This document shows positions 24,801 through 36,762 of a stretch of 64,000 nucleotides of DNA, piece after piece. The notes beneath the pieces are model-generated. The model searched no databases. It was not told where the DNA came from and saw only the letters and a list, made by a program, of their open reading frames with translations. The translations under genes were made by a program, and so were the position numbers. Source of the stretch: Centroscyllium fabricii (lineage: Eukaryota); assembly GCA_051313645.2 (NCBI GenBank), contig JBNRSN020000029.1, positions 31,620,001 through 31,684,000 on the forward strand, written 5' to 3'. Position 1 is the first letter of the stretch, and every line of letters begins with the position of its first letter.

Positions 24801-27053
24801 CAGTCAGTGCGGTTCCAGTTAGTGTGGGTCCAGTCAGTGCGGTGCCAGTCAGTGTGGTGCCAGTCAGTGTGGTTCCAGTTAGTGTGGGTCCAGTCAGTGC
24901 GGTTCCAGTTAGTGTGGGTCCAGTCAGTGTGGTTCCAGTTAGTGTGGGTCCAGTCAGTGCGGTTCCAGTTAGTGTGGGTCCAGTTAGTGTGGTGCCAGTC
25001 ATTGTGGTGCCAGTCAGTGTGGTTCCAGTTAGTGTGGTGCCAGTCAGTGTGGTGCCAGTCAGTGCAGTGTCCAGTCAGCGTGCTGTCCGGTGTGTGCAGT
25101 GACCAGTCAATGAGGTGCCCGGTCAGTATGGTGCCCGGTCGGTCTGGTTCCCAATCATTATGGTGCCCAGTCAGTGTGGTGGCAGTCAATCTGGTTCCAG
25201 TCAATGTGGATCAAGTCACTCTGGTGCCAGTCAGTGTGCTGCCAGTCAGTGTGGTGCCAATCAGTGTGGTGCCAATCAGTGTGGTGCCAATCAGTGTGGT
25301 GCCAGTCAGTGTGTTGCCAGTCAGTGTAGTGCCAGTTAGTGTGGGTCCAGTCAGTGCGGTTCCAGTCAGTGTGGTGCCAGTCAGTGTGGTGCCAGTCAGT
25401 TTGGTGCCAGTCAGTTTGGTGCCAGTCAGTGTGGGTCCAGTCAGTGCGGTTCCAGTTAGTGTGGTGCCAGTCAGTGTGGTGCCAGTTAGTGTGGGTCCAG
25501 TCAGTGTGGTGCCAGTCAGTGTGGTGCCAGTCAGTGCGGTTCCAGTTAGTGTGGGTCCAGTTAGTGTGGTGCCAGTCAGTGTGGTGCCAGTTAGTGTGGT
25601 GCCAGTTAGTGTGGTGCCAGTTAGTGTGGTGCCAGTTAGTGTGGGTCCAGTCAGTGTGGGTCCAGTCAGTGCGGTTCCAGTTAGTGTGATGCCAGTCAGT
25701 GTGATGCCAGTCAGTGTGGTGCCAGTTAGTGTGGTGCCAGTCGGTGTGGTGCCAGTCAGTGTGGGTCTAGTCAGTGCGGTTCCAGTTAGTGTGGGTCCAG
25801 TAGTGCGGTTCCAGTTAGTGTGGTGCCAGTCAGTGTGGTTCCAGTTAGTGTGGTGCCAGTCAGTGTGGTGCCAGTTAGTGTGGGTCCAGTCAATGTGGTG
25901 CCAGTTAGTGTGGGTCCAGTCAGTGTGGTGCCAGTCAGTGTGGTGCCAGTTAGTGTGGTGCCAGTCAGTGCGGTTCCAGTTAGTGTGGTGCCAGTCAGTG
26001 CGGTTCCAGTTAGTGTGGTGCCAGTCAGTGTGGTGCCAGTTAGTGTGGGTCCAGTCAGTGTGGTGCCAGTTAGTGTGGGTCCAGTCAGTGCGGTTCCAGT
26101 TAGTGTGGGTCCAGTCAGTGCGGTTCCAGTTAGTGTGGTGCCAGTCAGTGCGGTTCCAGTTAGTGTGGGTCCAGTCAGTGCGGTTCCAGTTAGTGTGGGT
26201 CCAGTCAGTGTGGTTCCAGTTATTGTGGGTCCAGTCAGTGCGGTTCCAGTTAGTGTGGGTCCAGTCAGTGCGGTGCCAGTCAGTGTGGTGCCAGTCAGTG
26301 TGGTTCCAGTTAGTGTGGGTCCAGTCAGTGCGGTTCCAGTTAGTGTGGGTCCAGTCAGTGTGGTTCCAGTTAGTGTGGGTCCAGTCAGTGCGGTTCCAGT
26401 TAGTGTGGGTCCAGTTAGTGTGGTGCCAGTCATTGTGGTGCCAGTCAGTGTGGTTCCAGTTAGTGTGGTGCCAGTCAGTGTGGTGCCAGTCAGTGCAGTG
26501 TCCAGTCAGCATGCTGTCCGGTGTGTGCAGTGACCAGTCAATGAGGTGCCCGGTCAGTATGGTGCCCGGTCGGTCTGGTTCCCAATCATTATGGTGCCCA
26601 GTCAGTGTGGTGACAGTCAATCTGGTTCCAGTCAATGTAGATCAAGTCACTCTGGTGCCAGTCAGTGTGCTGCCAGTCAGTGTGGTGCCAATCAGTGTGG
26701 TGCCAATCAGTGTGGTGCCAGTCAGTGTGTTGCCAGTCAGTGTGGTGCCAGTCAGTTTGGTGCCAGTCAGTGTAGTGCCAGTCAGTATGGTGACACTCAG
26801 TGTGTTGACCGTTCAGGCTGTTGCCAGTCAGTGGGGTGCCAGTCATTGTAGTTCCAGTCATTGTAGTTCCAGTCAGTGTGGGTCCAGTCAGTGTGGTGCC
26901 AGTCAGTGTGGTGTCCGGTCAGTGTGGTGCCAGTCTGTATGGAGCCAGTCAGTGTGGTGGCAGTCGGTATGGTGTCAGTCAATGTGGTGCCAAGTCAATG
27001 TGGTAACCAGTCAGTGTGGTGCCAGTCAGTGTGGTGCCAGTCAATGTGGTGCC

Positions 27054-27214
27054 TAACAACATTGTGGGTGTACCTACACCATATGGACCGCAGCGGTTCA
27101 AGAAGGTGGCTCACCACCATCTTCTCAAGGGCAATTAGGGATGGGTACTAAATGCAGGCCTAGCCAGCCAGCGACGCCCACATCCCATCAATGAATAAAA
27201 CAAAATAAAAAAAA
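27054..27214 (+). mobile_element. LINE 3' end fragment (CR1/L2 group)
   Basis: gcagcggttcaagaaggtggctcaccaccatcttctcaagggcaattagggatgg...aataaaa and an A-rich tail, inserted in the satellite. Confidence 0.7.
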
Positions 27215-28280
27215 GTCAGTCTGTTGCACAGTTAGAGTGGTGCCCGGTCAGTGTTGTGCCTGATCAGTGTGGTGCCCAGTCAGTTATGTGCCACTCAATG
27301 TTTTATGCCAAGTCAGTTCACTGCCCAGTCATTGCGGTGTTAGTCAGGGCGGTGCCCAGTCAGTGTGGTGCCCACTCAATGTGGTGCCAGTCAGTCTGGT
27401 GCGCCAAGTCAATGTGATGACCAGCCAGTGTGCTGCCCGTCCATGTGGTGACCAGTCAGTGTTGTGTCCGGCCAGTTTGGTGCCAGCCAATGTGACGCCA
27501 GTCAGTATGGTGCCCGGTCAGTGTGGTACCCAGTCAGTGTGGTACCCAGTCAGTGTGGTACCCAGTCAGTGTGGTGCCAGTCAGTGTGCTGCCCAGTCAG
27601 TGTGCTGCCCAGTCAATGTGGTGACCAGTCAGTGTGGTGCCAGTCAGTCTGGTGCCAAGTCAATGAGGTGAGCAGTCATTGTTGTGCCAGTCAGTGTGGT
27701 GCCGACAGAGTGTGTTGCCCAGTCAATGAGGTGCCCAGTCAATGTGCTGCCAGTCAGCCTGGTGCAGAGTCAATGTGGTGACAGTCAGTGTGGTGCCAGT
27801 CTGCGTGGTGCCAGTCAGTGCAGTGCCAGGCAGTGCAGTGTCCGGTCAATGTGGTGCCCAGTCAGTGTTGTGCCAGCCAGTGCAGTGCCCAGTCAGCGTG
27901 CTGTCTGGTCAGTGCAGTGACCAGTCAATGAGGTGCCCAGTCAGTGTGGTGGCCGGTCGGTGTGGTGCCCAATCAGTGTGGTGGCAGTCAACCTGGTTCC
28001 AGTCAATGTGGATCAAATCACTCTGGTGCCAGTTACTGTGCTGCCAGTTACTGTGCTGCCAGTCAGTGTGATGCCCAGTCAGTGTGGTGCCAGTCAGTTT
28101 GGTGCCTGGTCAGTGTGGTCCCAGTCAGTGTGGTGCCAGTCAGTGTAGTGCCAGTCAGTGTGGTGCCACTCAGTGTGTTGCTCGTTCAGGCTGTTGCCCA
28201 GTCAGTGTACTGCCTGCTGAGTGTTGTGCCCGGTCAGTGTTGTACCTGGTCAGTGTGGTGCCCGGTCAGTTTGTTGCCAG

Positions 28281-31200
28281 TGTCATAGGTTGGATTCCCC
28301 TTTAACTCCTAGGTGGGCGCTTCTCCTTTAACTGGTCAGCACCTCGTTAACTACTGCATGCACCTGATTGGACAGCCCAGATTAACCAGTAGTATCTAGA
28401 GCTGTATATAAGCTCCCACTTTTCACCATGAGGTTGCCAGATCGTTATTTCTTCCTGACTGTGATACTTGTGTTTAGTTCCTAGCTCTCTGATCCTGTCT
28501 GTTCGTGATACTGACCTGCTTACCGGAAATTTGGATTCTCTTCTGCTTGAACTCTGTCTTGGATTTGTCGCTCCCGTGGATGGACTACCCGGTATATTAC
28601 TGTTTCTGAATTTGGATTCTCTCCTGCCTGAACTCTGTTTTGGACTTGTTGCCTCCGTGAACTTTCTGCCGTTATTGACCTACTGTTTCCCATGTCTTTG
28701 ACTGCTTTGAAATAACGGAGTTTACTTCTACGTACGTTTTCGGTGTATTGCATTTGGGCCCAACCTACAACCATCACAGAACGATCTGGCCAGAAATCGA
28801 CCCAGCAGACACACCGAATCGTCTTGCACAGGCCGAGTGCGCCCTAAGGCACCAGGGGCAGGCCTTGGAAGTTATTCACTCAATTGGAGCAGCTAACCAC
28901 CGCCCTGATCCAACAAGCAGCTAAGGACGCGGAAGGGATTCCACCACCACCAGTTTTTGCTCCAGTATCGGTGTCGGCATCAATGCCTCACCCACAAGGC
29001 CTCACACCGGAACCCCGGGTCGGGGTCCCGGAGCGTTATGCCGGTGAACCTGGGGAATGCAATCCTTTTCTCACAAACTGTTCCATTCTTTTTTCATTGC
29101 AGCCCCACACCTTTGCCAATGAGGCGGCAAAGGTAGCCTTTGCTATTAACCACCTTACAGGAAGGGCTCGTCTCTGGGGAACCGCCGAGTGGGAGAGAGA
29201 GACTATGGCTTGCTCTTCCTTCCAGAGGTTCGCCATCGAATTAAGAAAGGTGTTCGGCATGGTGACCTACGGCTCTGAAGCAGCTCGGGGACTCATGAAT
29301 CTGAGCCAGGTTAATCAGACAGTGGCCGACTATTCCATAGACTTCCGAATCAGAGCTCGTCAGAGTGATTGGAACTCTGCTGCATTATGTGATGTTTTTC
29401 TTCATGGGCTTGCTGAGTACATCAAGGATGAACTAGTCTCCTATGATCTCCCTTCCACCCTGGATGAACTAATTAGTCTTGCCACCAGGATCGATCTCCA
29501 TATCCAGGCGCGTCGACGTGAGAGACGACTGGGAACGACTGGTCGACCTCCTCCGAAACGGTCCCAAGAGATATTCGTGGCGCCCAGGTCTACTGCAACA
29601 GCAGGGTCACAGCCAGTGGGTCCCGAACCAATGCAGTTGGGTCGCACCAGTCTCTCATTGGAGGAGCATGAACGACGCCGCCAGGGGAATCTCTGTTTGT
29701 ACTGCGGCCAGGCCGGCCATTTTGTTTCCCAATGCCCAGCAAAGCGTCCGGACTCAGCAGTAGATGGAGTCGTACTGGTGAGTCGAACTCCTACAAGACT
29801 CTCTCCCAATCCACGACCCTTGTGCCAGGCCAGACTTCTTCTTCCCAGGGGATCCCAGACTCTCGTCACCTTTATTGACTCTGGAGCCGACGTCAACATT
29901 ATTGATGAGGATCTTGTCACACAGCTGGAGATTGACCGGGTTCCACTGCCGCAGCCGGTTCCTGCCAACGCCCTCGACGGTCACCTCCTGGGAACGGTGA
30001 CACATCAGACCTCACCGGTTCACATGCTTATGTCTGGTAATCATCATGAAAGTATTCAATTTCATATCCTGAGATCACCTCGGCTTCCTTTGATTCTGGG
30101 ACACACTTGGCTTCGCCGCCACAACCCCCACATTGACTGGAACACGGGAGCTATTGTGGGGTGGAGTTCCTCCTGTCACCAGGTCTGTCTGAAACAGGCT
30201 ACCGTCTTCCGACAGCCATTAACACCTCTTCCCGCCTCAGATCTTTCGGTGGTTCCCACTGAATACCACGATTTTAGGGAGGTATTCAGCAAGGCTAGAG
30301 CCACGTCTCTGCCTCCACATCGCCCCTATGACTGCGTCATTGATCTGCTGCCAGGTTCCTCCCCACCCAAGGGACGTCTGTATTTCTTGTCTGCACCTGA
30401 GAGGGAGGCCATGGAAACGTACATCAGCGACTCTATGGCGGTGGGGATCATCCGTTCCTCTTCATCACCTGCTGGGGCTGGATTCTTTTTTGTGGGTAAG
30501 AAGGACGAGTCGCTGCGACCATGCATCGACTACAGGGGACTTAATGACATCACAATAAAGAACCGGTATCCTCTTCCTCTCATCTCTTCTGCTTTTGAGT
30601 TGCTACAGGGGGCGACCATCTTTACTAAGCTGGACCTTCGTAACGCCTATCATCTGGTCCGGATCCGAGAGGGCGATGAATGGAAGACTGCTTTCAACAC
30701 TCCCTCTGGACATTATGAATACCTCGTAATGCCGTTCGGGTTAACCAACGCCCCGGCGGTATTCCAAGCCTTGGTTAATGACATATTACGAGACATGCTG
30801 AACCGGTTTGTGTTCGTGTACATGGACGACATTTTAATCTTTTCTAAGTCTCGTGAGGAGCATGTTCACCATGTCCAGACTGTCCTGCAACGGCTTCTCG
30901 AGAACTCATTATTTGTGAAGGCGGAGAAGTGTGAGTTTCACGTCACTACCGTTTCTTTCTTGGGGTACATCATTGCGCAGGGGAGCGTGCAGATGGATCC
31001 AGAGAAGGTGTCAGCTGTCGCGTCATGGCCTATTCCAGAGACACGTAAACAGCTACAGCGGTTTCTGGGATTCGCTAATTTCTATCGACTGTTCATTCGC
31101 AGCTACAGCACGGTAACGGCCCCGTTATCGGCTCTTACCTCCTCTAAGGTGCCGTTCCTGTGGTCTTCTGCAGCGGAGGAGGCTTTTCGAGGTCTCAGGT

Positions 31201-33707
31201 CCCGGTTCACCTCTGCTCCCATTCTCCAGGTGCCTGATCCAGATCAGCAGTTCATGGTAGAGGTGGACGCATCAGATGTTGGAGTAGGGGCTATTCTGTC
31301 CCAACATTCGGCTTCCGACCAAAAGCTACATCCCTGTGCCTATTTTTCCAAACACCTGTCCTCGCCTGTGATGAACTATGACATTGGGAACCGGGAGTTA
31401 CTGGCGGTCAAAATGGCATTGGAGGAGTGGCGCCATTGGCTAGAGGGGACCAAGCTGCCATTCCTAGTCTGGACAGACCACAAAAACCTTGAATACATTC
31501 GCACGGCCAAGAGGCTGAATTCACGGCAGGCTAGGTGGTCCCTCTTCTTTACCCGTTTTAACTTCACCCTCTCCTACAGGCCTGGTTCTCGCAATGTCAA
31601 GCCTGATGCTCTGTCCCGCCAGTTCCAGAAGGAGGAGGGTTCCACTCCTGGATCTGACCTCATCCTTCCAGCTCCTTGTCTTATTGCTGCTGTTACATGG
31701 GAGATCGAGGAGAGGGTGAGATCAGCCGTGGAGGATCAGGCTGGACCCAGCGGTTGTCCTCCCGACCGTCTATTCGTTCCCACGAACCTTCGACCTGATG
31801 TTCTCCTGTGGGCCCATGCTTCCAAGCTTTCCTGCCATCCGGGGGCTCAAAGGACCAAAGAGGTTATACTGCGGAGGTTCTGGTGGGATACGCTGGAAGA
31901 AGACACCCGGGAGTTTGTCAACGCCTGCTCGGTCTGCAACCAACACAAGCCGTCTCATCGGGCTCCCGCTGGCCTTCTGCAACCTCTGCCGATACCACAT
32001 CGTCCTTGGTCCCACATATCCTTGGACTTTGTTACCGGTCTGCCTCCATCCAAGGGACTAACCACGATCCTGACAGTGGTGGACCGATTCAGCAAGATGG
32101 CCCACTTCATACCTCTGCCTAAACTGCCCTCGGCGAAGGAGACAGCTGAACTTATGCTGCAACATGTTTTCCGGCTTCATGGGCTTCCTGTAGACGTAGT
32201 CTCTGATCGGGGTCCTCAGTTTACGTCAGTATTCTGGAGGGAGTTCTGCAGTCTGATCGGGGCCACAGTCAGTCTGTCGTCATGTTTTCATCCGCAGTCC
32301 AACGGGCAGTCTGAACGTATGAATCAGGAGATGGAGAAGGCTCTCCGATGTATGGTCTCCCAGAATCCCTCTTCCTGGTCCCAGCTACTCCTGTGGGTAG
32401 AGTACGCTCACAACACTCTGACCAGTTCCGCCACCGGACTCTCCCCGTTCCAGTGCGCCTATGGATTCCAGCCCACATTGTTTACGGACCTGGAGAGGGA
32501 GGTTTCCTGTCCGTCCGTCCAGGCATTTATTCATCGTTGTCGCCAGACATGGGACCAGGCTCGGATTTCGTTGCTTCGCTCGGCGGATCGCTACTTGGCT
32601 GCTGCCAACCATCGTCGCTCGGAGGCTCCTAAATATCAGGCTGGGCAGAAGGTGTGGCTCTCCACTAAGGACCTGCCTCTCCAGGTGGAGTCGAAGAAGC
32701 TTGCTCCCCGTTTTATCGGGCCCTTCGAGATCCAGAAGATCATCAACCCAGCGGCTGTGAGACTCAAGCTTCCTCGATCCATGCGGGTTCATCCCACGTT
32801 TCATGTGTCACGAATCAAACCAGCATGTGAGAGTGCTTTGGTGCCTGTTGCCATGCCCCTCCGCCTCCTCGTATGCTCGACGGTGGGCTGGTCTACACTG
32901 TTCATCGCCTACTTCGCTCCCGTCGTCGAGGGAGAGGACTTCAGTACCTGGTGGACTGGGAGGGGTATGGTCCAGAAGAGAGGTCCTGGGTTCCTGCTCG
33001 CCACATAGTGGATCCTCAGCTTATGGTCGACTTCCACAAAAGGCATCCCGACCAGCCAAGTAGGAGGACTGCGCCCCCTGGGGAGTCTGGGCAAGGGTCC
33101 GGTTCCGTACATTCTCTGGAAACCCTGAACGAGGAGGTACAATCTTCTGATGAGGAAAATTCCCTTCATTCTTGTGATGAGATGGACGTGGATGAGGGTC
33201 CCGAGGAATGTTAGTCCCTCCTCTGCACCCCTCCGCCCACCCGATTCTGGCGTTTGGGACGTCAGGAGTCGTCCCTTGAGGGGGGGGTTCTGTCATAGGT
33301 TGGATTCCCCTTTAACTCCTAGGTGGGCGCTTCTCCTTTAACTGGTCAGCACCTCGTTAACTACTGCATGCACCTGATTGGACAGCCCAGATTAACCAGT
33401 AGTATCTAGAGCTGTATATAAGCTCCCACTTTTCACCATGAGGTTGCCAGATCGTTATTTCTTCCTGACTGTGATACTTGTGTTTAGTTCCTAGCTATCT
33501 GATCCTGTCTGTTCGTGATACTGACCTGCTTACCGGAAATTTGGATTCTCTTCTGCTTGAACTCTGTCTTGGACTTTTTGCCTCCGTGAACTTTCTGCCG
33601 TTATTGACCTACTGTTTCCCATGTCTTTGACTGCTCTGAAATAACGGAGTTTACTTCTACGTACGTTTTCGGTGTATTGCATTTGGGCCCAACCTACAAC
33701 CATTACA
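28281..33707 (+). mobile_element. Full-length Ty3/Gypsy chromovirus (sushi-like) LTR retrotransposon
   Basis: 5' LTR 28281-28778 (TGTCA...CACA) and 3' LTR 33291-33707 (TGTCA...TACA), 5-bp TSD GCCAG (28276-28280 and 33708-33712), PPT gagggggggg before 33291, and an internal gag-pol ORF. Confidence 0.97.
28884..33008 (+). CDS. Gypsy gag-pol polyprotein ORF (1374 codons; probably slightly defective)
   Basis: Gag with [14 protein letters not shown] knuckle, protease FIDSGAD, RT ([11 protein letters not shown]...KLDLRNAYH...YMDD), RNase H ([12 protein letters not shown]), integrase (HHCC, DDE) and GPF motif. The chromodomain ([18 protein letters not shown]) is in another frame at 32873-33214. Confidence 0.9.
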   Translation: MEQLTTALIQQAAKDAEGIPPPPVFAPVSVSASMPHPQGLTPEPRVGVPERYAGEPGECNPFLTNCSILFSLQPHTFANEAAKVAFAINHLTGRARLWGTAEWERETMACSSFQRFAIELRKVFGMVTYGSEAARGLMNLSQVNQTVADYSIDFRIRARQSDWNSAALCDVFLHGLAEYIKDELVSYDLPSTLDELISLATRIDLHIQARRRERRLGTTGRPPPKRSQEIFVAPRSTATAGSQPVGPEPMQLGRTSLSLEEHERRRQGNLCLYCGQAGHFVSQCPAKRPDSAVDGVVLVSRTPTRLSPNPRPLCQARLLLPRGSQTLVTFIDSGADVNIIDEDLVTQLEIDRVPLPQPVPANALDGHLLGTVTHQTSPVHMLMSGNHHESIQFHILRSPRLPLILGHTWLRRHNPHIDWNTGAIVGWSSSCHQVCLKQATVFRQPLTPLPASDLSVVPTEYHDFREVFSKARATSLPPHRPYDCVIDLLPGSSPPKGRLYFLSAPEREAMETYISDSMAVGIIRSSSSPAGAGFFFVGKKDESLRPCIDYRGLNDITIKNRYPLPLISSAFELLQGATIFTKLDLRNAYHLVRIREGDEWKTAFNTPSGHYEYLVMPFGLTNAPAVFQALVNDILRDMLNRFVFVYMDDILIFSKSREEHVHHVQTVLQRLLENSLFVKAEKCEFHVTTVSFLGYIIAQGSVQMDPEKVSAVASWPIPETRKQLQRFLGFANFYRLFIRSYSTVTAPLSALTSSKVPFLWSSAAEEAFRGLRSRFTSAPILQVPDPDQQFMVEVDASDVGVGAILSQHSASDQKLHPCAYFSKHLSSPVMNYDIGNRELLAVKMALEEWRHWLEGTKLPFLVWTDHKNLEYIRTAKRLNSRQARWSLFFTRFNFTLSYRPGSRNVKPDALSRQFQKEEGSTPGSDLILPAPCLIAAVTWEIEERVRSAVEDQAGPSGCPPDRLFVPTNLRPDVLLWAHASKLSCHPGAQRTKEVILRRFWWDTLEEDTREFVNACSVCNQHKPSHRAPAGLLQPLPIPHRPWSHISLDFVTGLPPSKGLTTILTVVDRFSKMAHFIPLPKLPSAKETAELMLQHVFRLHGLPVDVVSDRGPQFTSVFWREFCSLIGATVSLSSCFHPQSNGQSERMNQEMEKALRCMVSQNPSSWSQLLLWVEYAHNTLTSSATGLSPFQCAYGFQPTLFTDLEREVSCPSVQAFIHRCRQTWDQARISLLRSADRYLAAANHRRSEAPKYQAGQKVWLSTKDLPLQVESKKLAPRFIGPFEIQKIINPAAVRLKLPRSMRVHPTFHVSRIKPACESALVPVAMPLRLLVCSTVGWSTLFIAYFAPVVEGEDFSTWWTGRGMVQKRGPGFLLAT

Positions 33708-36700
33708 GCCAGTCAATGTGTTGTACCCGGTCAGTTTAGTGCCCAGTCAATGTGGTGACCAGTCAGTGCAGTGCCAGTCAGTCTGGTGCCAGTCAATGTG
33801 GTGCCAGTCAGTGTGGTGCCAGCTAGTCTGGTACCAGTCAATGTGGTGCATGGTCAGTGAGGTGCCAGTCAGTGTGGCTGCCAGTCAGTGTGTTGCCCAG
33901 TCAGTGTATTGCCCAGTCAATATAGTGACTGGTCAGTGTGTTGCCCTGTCAGTGTGTTGCCCTGTCAGTGTGTTGCCCAGTCAGTGTGTTGCCCAGTCAG
34001 TGTGGTGCCCAGTCAGTGTGGTGCCAGTCAATGTGCTGCCAGTCATAGTGTTGCCCAGTCAGTGTGGTGCCCAGTCAGTGTAAATCCCGGTTCAGTGTGG
34101 TGCTTGTCAGTGTGGTGCCAGTCAGTGTGGTGCCAGTCAGTGTGGTGCCAGTCAGTGTGGTGCCAGTCAGTATGGTACCCAGTCAGTGTGCTGCCTGTCA
34201 GTGTGGTGCCCTCTCACTGGGGTGCCCACTCAGTGTCTTGCCAGTCAGTGAGGTGCCAGTCAGTGTGGTGGCAGTCAATGTGGTGCCAGTCAGTGCGGTT
34301 CCAGTCAGTGTGCGGCCAGTCAGTGTGGTGCCAGTCTTTGCGGTGCCAGTCAGTGGGGTACCAGTCAGTGTAGTTCCAGTCAGTGTGGTGCCCATCAGTG
34401 TGGTGTCCGGTCAGTGTGGTGCCAGTCAGTGTGGTGCCAGTCAGTGTGGTGCCCTCTCACTGGGGTGCCCACTCAGTGTCTTGCCAGTCAGTGTGGTGCC
34501 AGTCAGTGTGGTGCCAGTCAGTATGGAGCTAGTCAGTGTGGTGCCAGTCAGTGTGGTGCCAGTCAGTGTGGTGCCAGTCAGTGTGGTGCCAGTCAGTGTC
34601 GTGCCAGTCAATGTGGTGCCAAGTCAATGTGGTGACCAGTCAGTGTGGTACCCAGTCAGTGTGTTGCCCAGTCAGTCTGTTACACAGTCAGAGTGGTGCC
34701 CGGTCAGTGTTGTGCCTGGTCAGTGTGGTGCCCGGTCAGTTATGTGCCAGTCAATGTGTTGTGCCCAGTCACTTCACTGCCCAGTCATTGCCGTGTTAGT
34801 CATGGTAGTGCCCAGTCAGTGTGGTGCCAATCAGTCTGGTGCCAAGTTAATGTGATGACCAGCCAGTGTGGTGCTAGTAAATGTGGAGCCAGTCAGTGTG
34901 CTGCCCGTCAATGTGGTGAACAGTCAGTGTTGTGTCCGGCCAGTTTGGTGCCAGCCAATGTGATGCCAGTCAGTATGGTGCCCGGTCAGTGTGGTACTCA
35001 GCCAGTGTGGTGCCAGTCAGTGTGCTGCCCAGTCAGTGTGGTGCCAGTCAGTGTGCTTCCCGGTCAGTGTGCTGCCCAGTCAGTGTGCTGCCCGGTCAGT
35101 GTGCTGCCAGTCTGTTTCGTGCGAGTCAGTGTGGTGACCAGTAAGTGTGGTGCCAGTCAGTCTGGCGCCAAGTCAATGTGGTGACCAGTCAGTGTGGTGC
35201 CAGTCAACCTGGTGCAGAGTCAGTGTGGTGCCAGTCAGTGCAGTGCCAGTCAGTGCAGTGCCAGTCAGTGCGGTTTCCGGTCAATGTGGTGCCCAGTCAG
35301 TGTCGTGCCAGCCAGTGCAGTGCCCGGTCAGCGTGCTGTCCGTTCAGTGCAGTGACCAGTCAATGAGGTGCCCAGTCAGTGTGGTGCCCGGTTGGTGTGG
35401 TGCCCAATAAGTGTGGTGGCAGTTAATCTGGTTCCAGTCAATGTGGATCAAGTCACTCTGGTGCCAGTCAGTGTGCTGCCAGTCAGTGTGGTGCCCAGTC
35501 AGTGGGGTGCCCAGTCAGTGTGGTGCCAGTCAGTTAGGTGCCAGTCAGTTAGGTGCCCGGTCAGTGTTGTGCCTGGTCAGTGTGGTGCCCGGTCAGTTAT
35601 GTACCAGTCAATGTGTTGTGCCCAGTCAGTTCACTGCCCAGTCATTGCCCTGTTAGTCATGGCGGTGCCCAGTCAGTGTGGTGCCAATCAGTCTGGTGCC
35701 AAGTTAATGTGATGACCAGCCAGTGTGGTGCCAGTAAATGTGGAGCCAGTCAGTGTGCTGCCCGTCAATGTGGTGAACAGTCAGTGTTGTGTCCGGCCAG
35801 TTTGGTGCCAGCCAATGTGATGCCAGTCAGTATGGTGCCCGGTCAGTGTGGTACCCAGTCAGTGTGGTGCCAGTCAGTGTGGTGCGAGTCAGTGTATTGC
35901 CAGTCAGTGTGGTGCCAGTCAGTACAGAGCCAATCAGTGTGGTGGCTGGTCAATGAGGTGCCCCGTCAGTGTGGTGCCAGTCAGTGTGGTGCCCGGTCAT
36001 TGTGGTGTCTGGTCAGTGTGGTGCCCCTAATGTGTCCTGCCTGTGTGGTCCGGTGCCCCGCTCGGGTTGTGCCCAGTTTGTATCCAGTCAATGCGTTGCC
36101 TGATCTGTGCAATGCCCAGTGAGTATGGTACCCAGGGGTTTTGGTGCCCAACTCATGCAGTGCCCGGTCAGTGTGGTGCCAGTCAGTGTGGTGCCCGGGG
36201 GCTGTGATGCCCAATTAGTACATTTCCCAAGTGGCGTGGTGCCTGGGTGGTGTGCTGCCAGTGAGTGTGGTACCCAGTCAGTGTGGTGCCCAGTCAGTGT
36301 GGTGCCCAGTGAGTATGGTGCCCAGTCAGTGTGGGACCCAGTCAGTGTGGGACCCAGTCAGTGTGGGACCCAGTCAGTGTGGGACCCAGTCAGTGTGGTG
36401 TGCAGTCAGTGTGCTGCCCAGTCAGTGTGGTGTGCAGTCAGTGTGGTGCCCAGTCAGTGTGGTGCCAGTCAGTCTGGTGCCAGTCAGCATGGTGCCCAGT
36501 CAGCGTGGGACCCAGTCAGTGTGGTACCCAGTCAGTGTGGTACCCAGTCAGTGTGGTGCCAGTCAGTGTGGTGTGCAGTCAGTGCAGTGCCCAGTCAGTG
36601 TGGTGTACAGTCAGTGTGGTGCCCAGTCAGTGTGGTGCCCAGTCAGTGTGGTGCCCAGTCAGTGTGGTGCCAGTCAGTGTGGTGCCCGGTCAGTGTGGTG

Positions 36701-36762
36701 CCCAGTCAGTGTGGTGCCCGGTCAGTGTGGTGCCCAGTCAGTGTGGTGCCAGTCAGTGTGGT

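Noticed and set aside
22672-27056. Very long ORFs on both strands (VPVSV, CQSVW, TGTTL and DWHHT repeats; up to 849 aa) resembling Cys-rich, His/Trp-rich or antifreeze-like proteins
   Set aside because: The 15-bp monomer lacks stops in most frames, so several overlapping frames are open at once. There are no splice signals or codon-position bias, and TE insertions and 16-bp units break the frames freely.
28884-33214. Domesticated PEG10/RTL1-like gene
   Set aside because: Paired near-identical LTRs, TSD and PPT show an ordinary recent retrotransposon.
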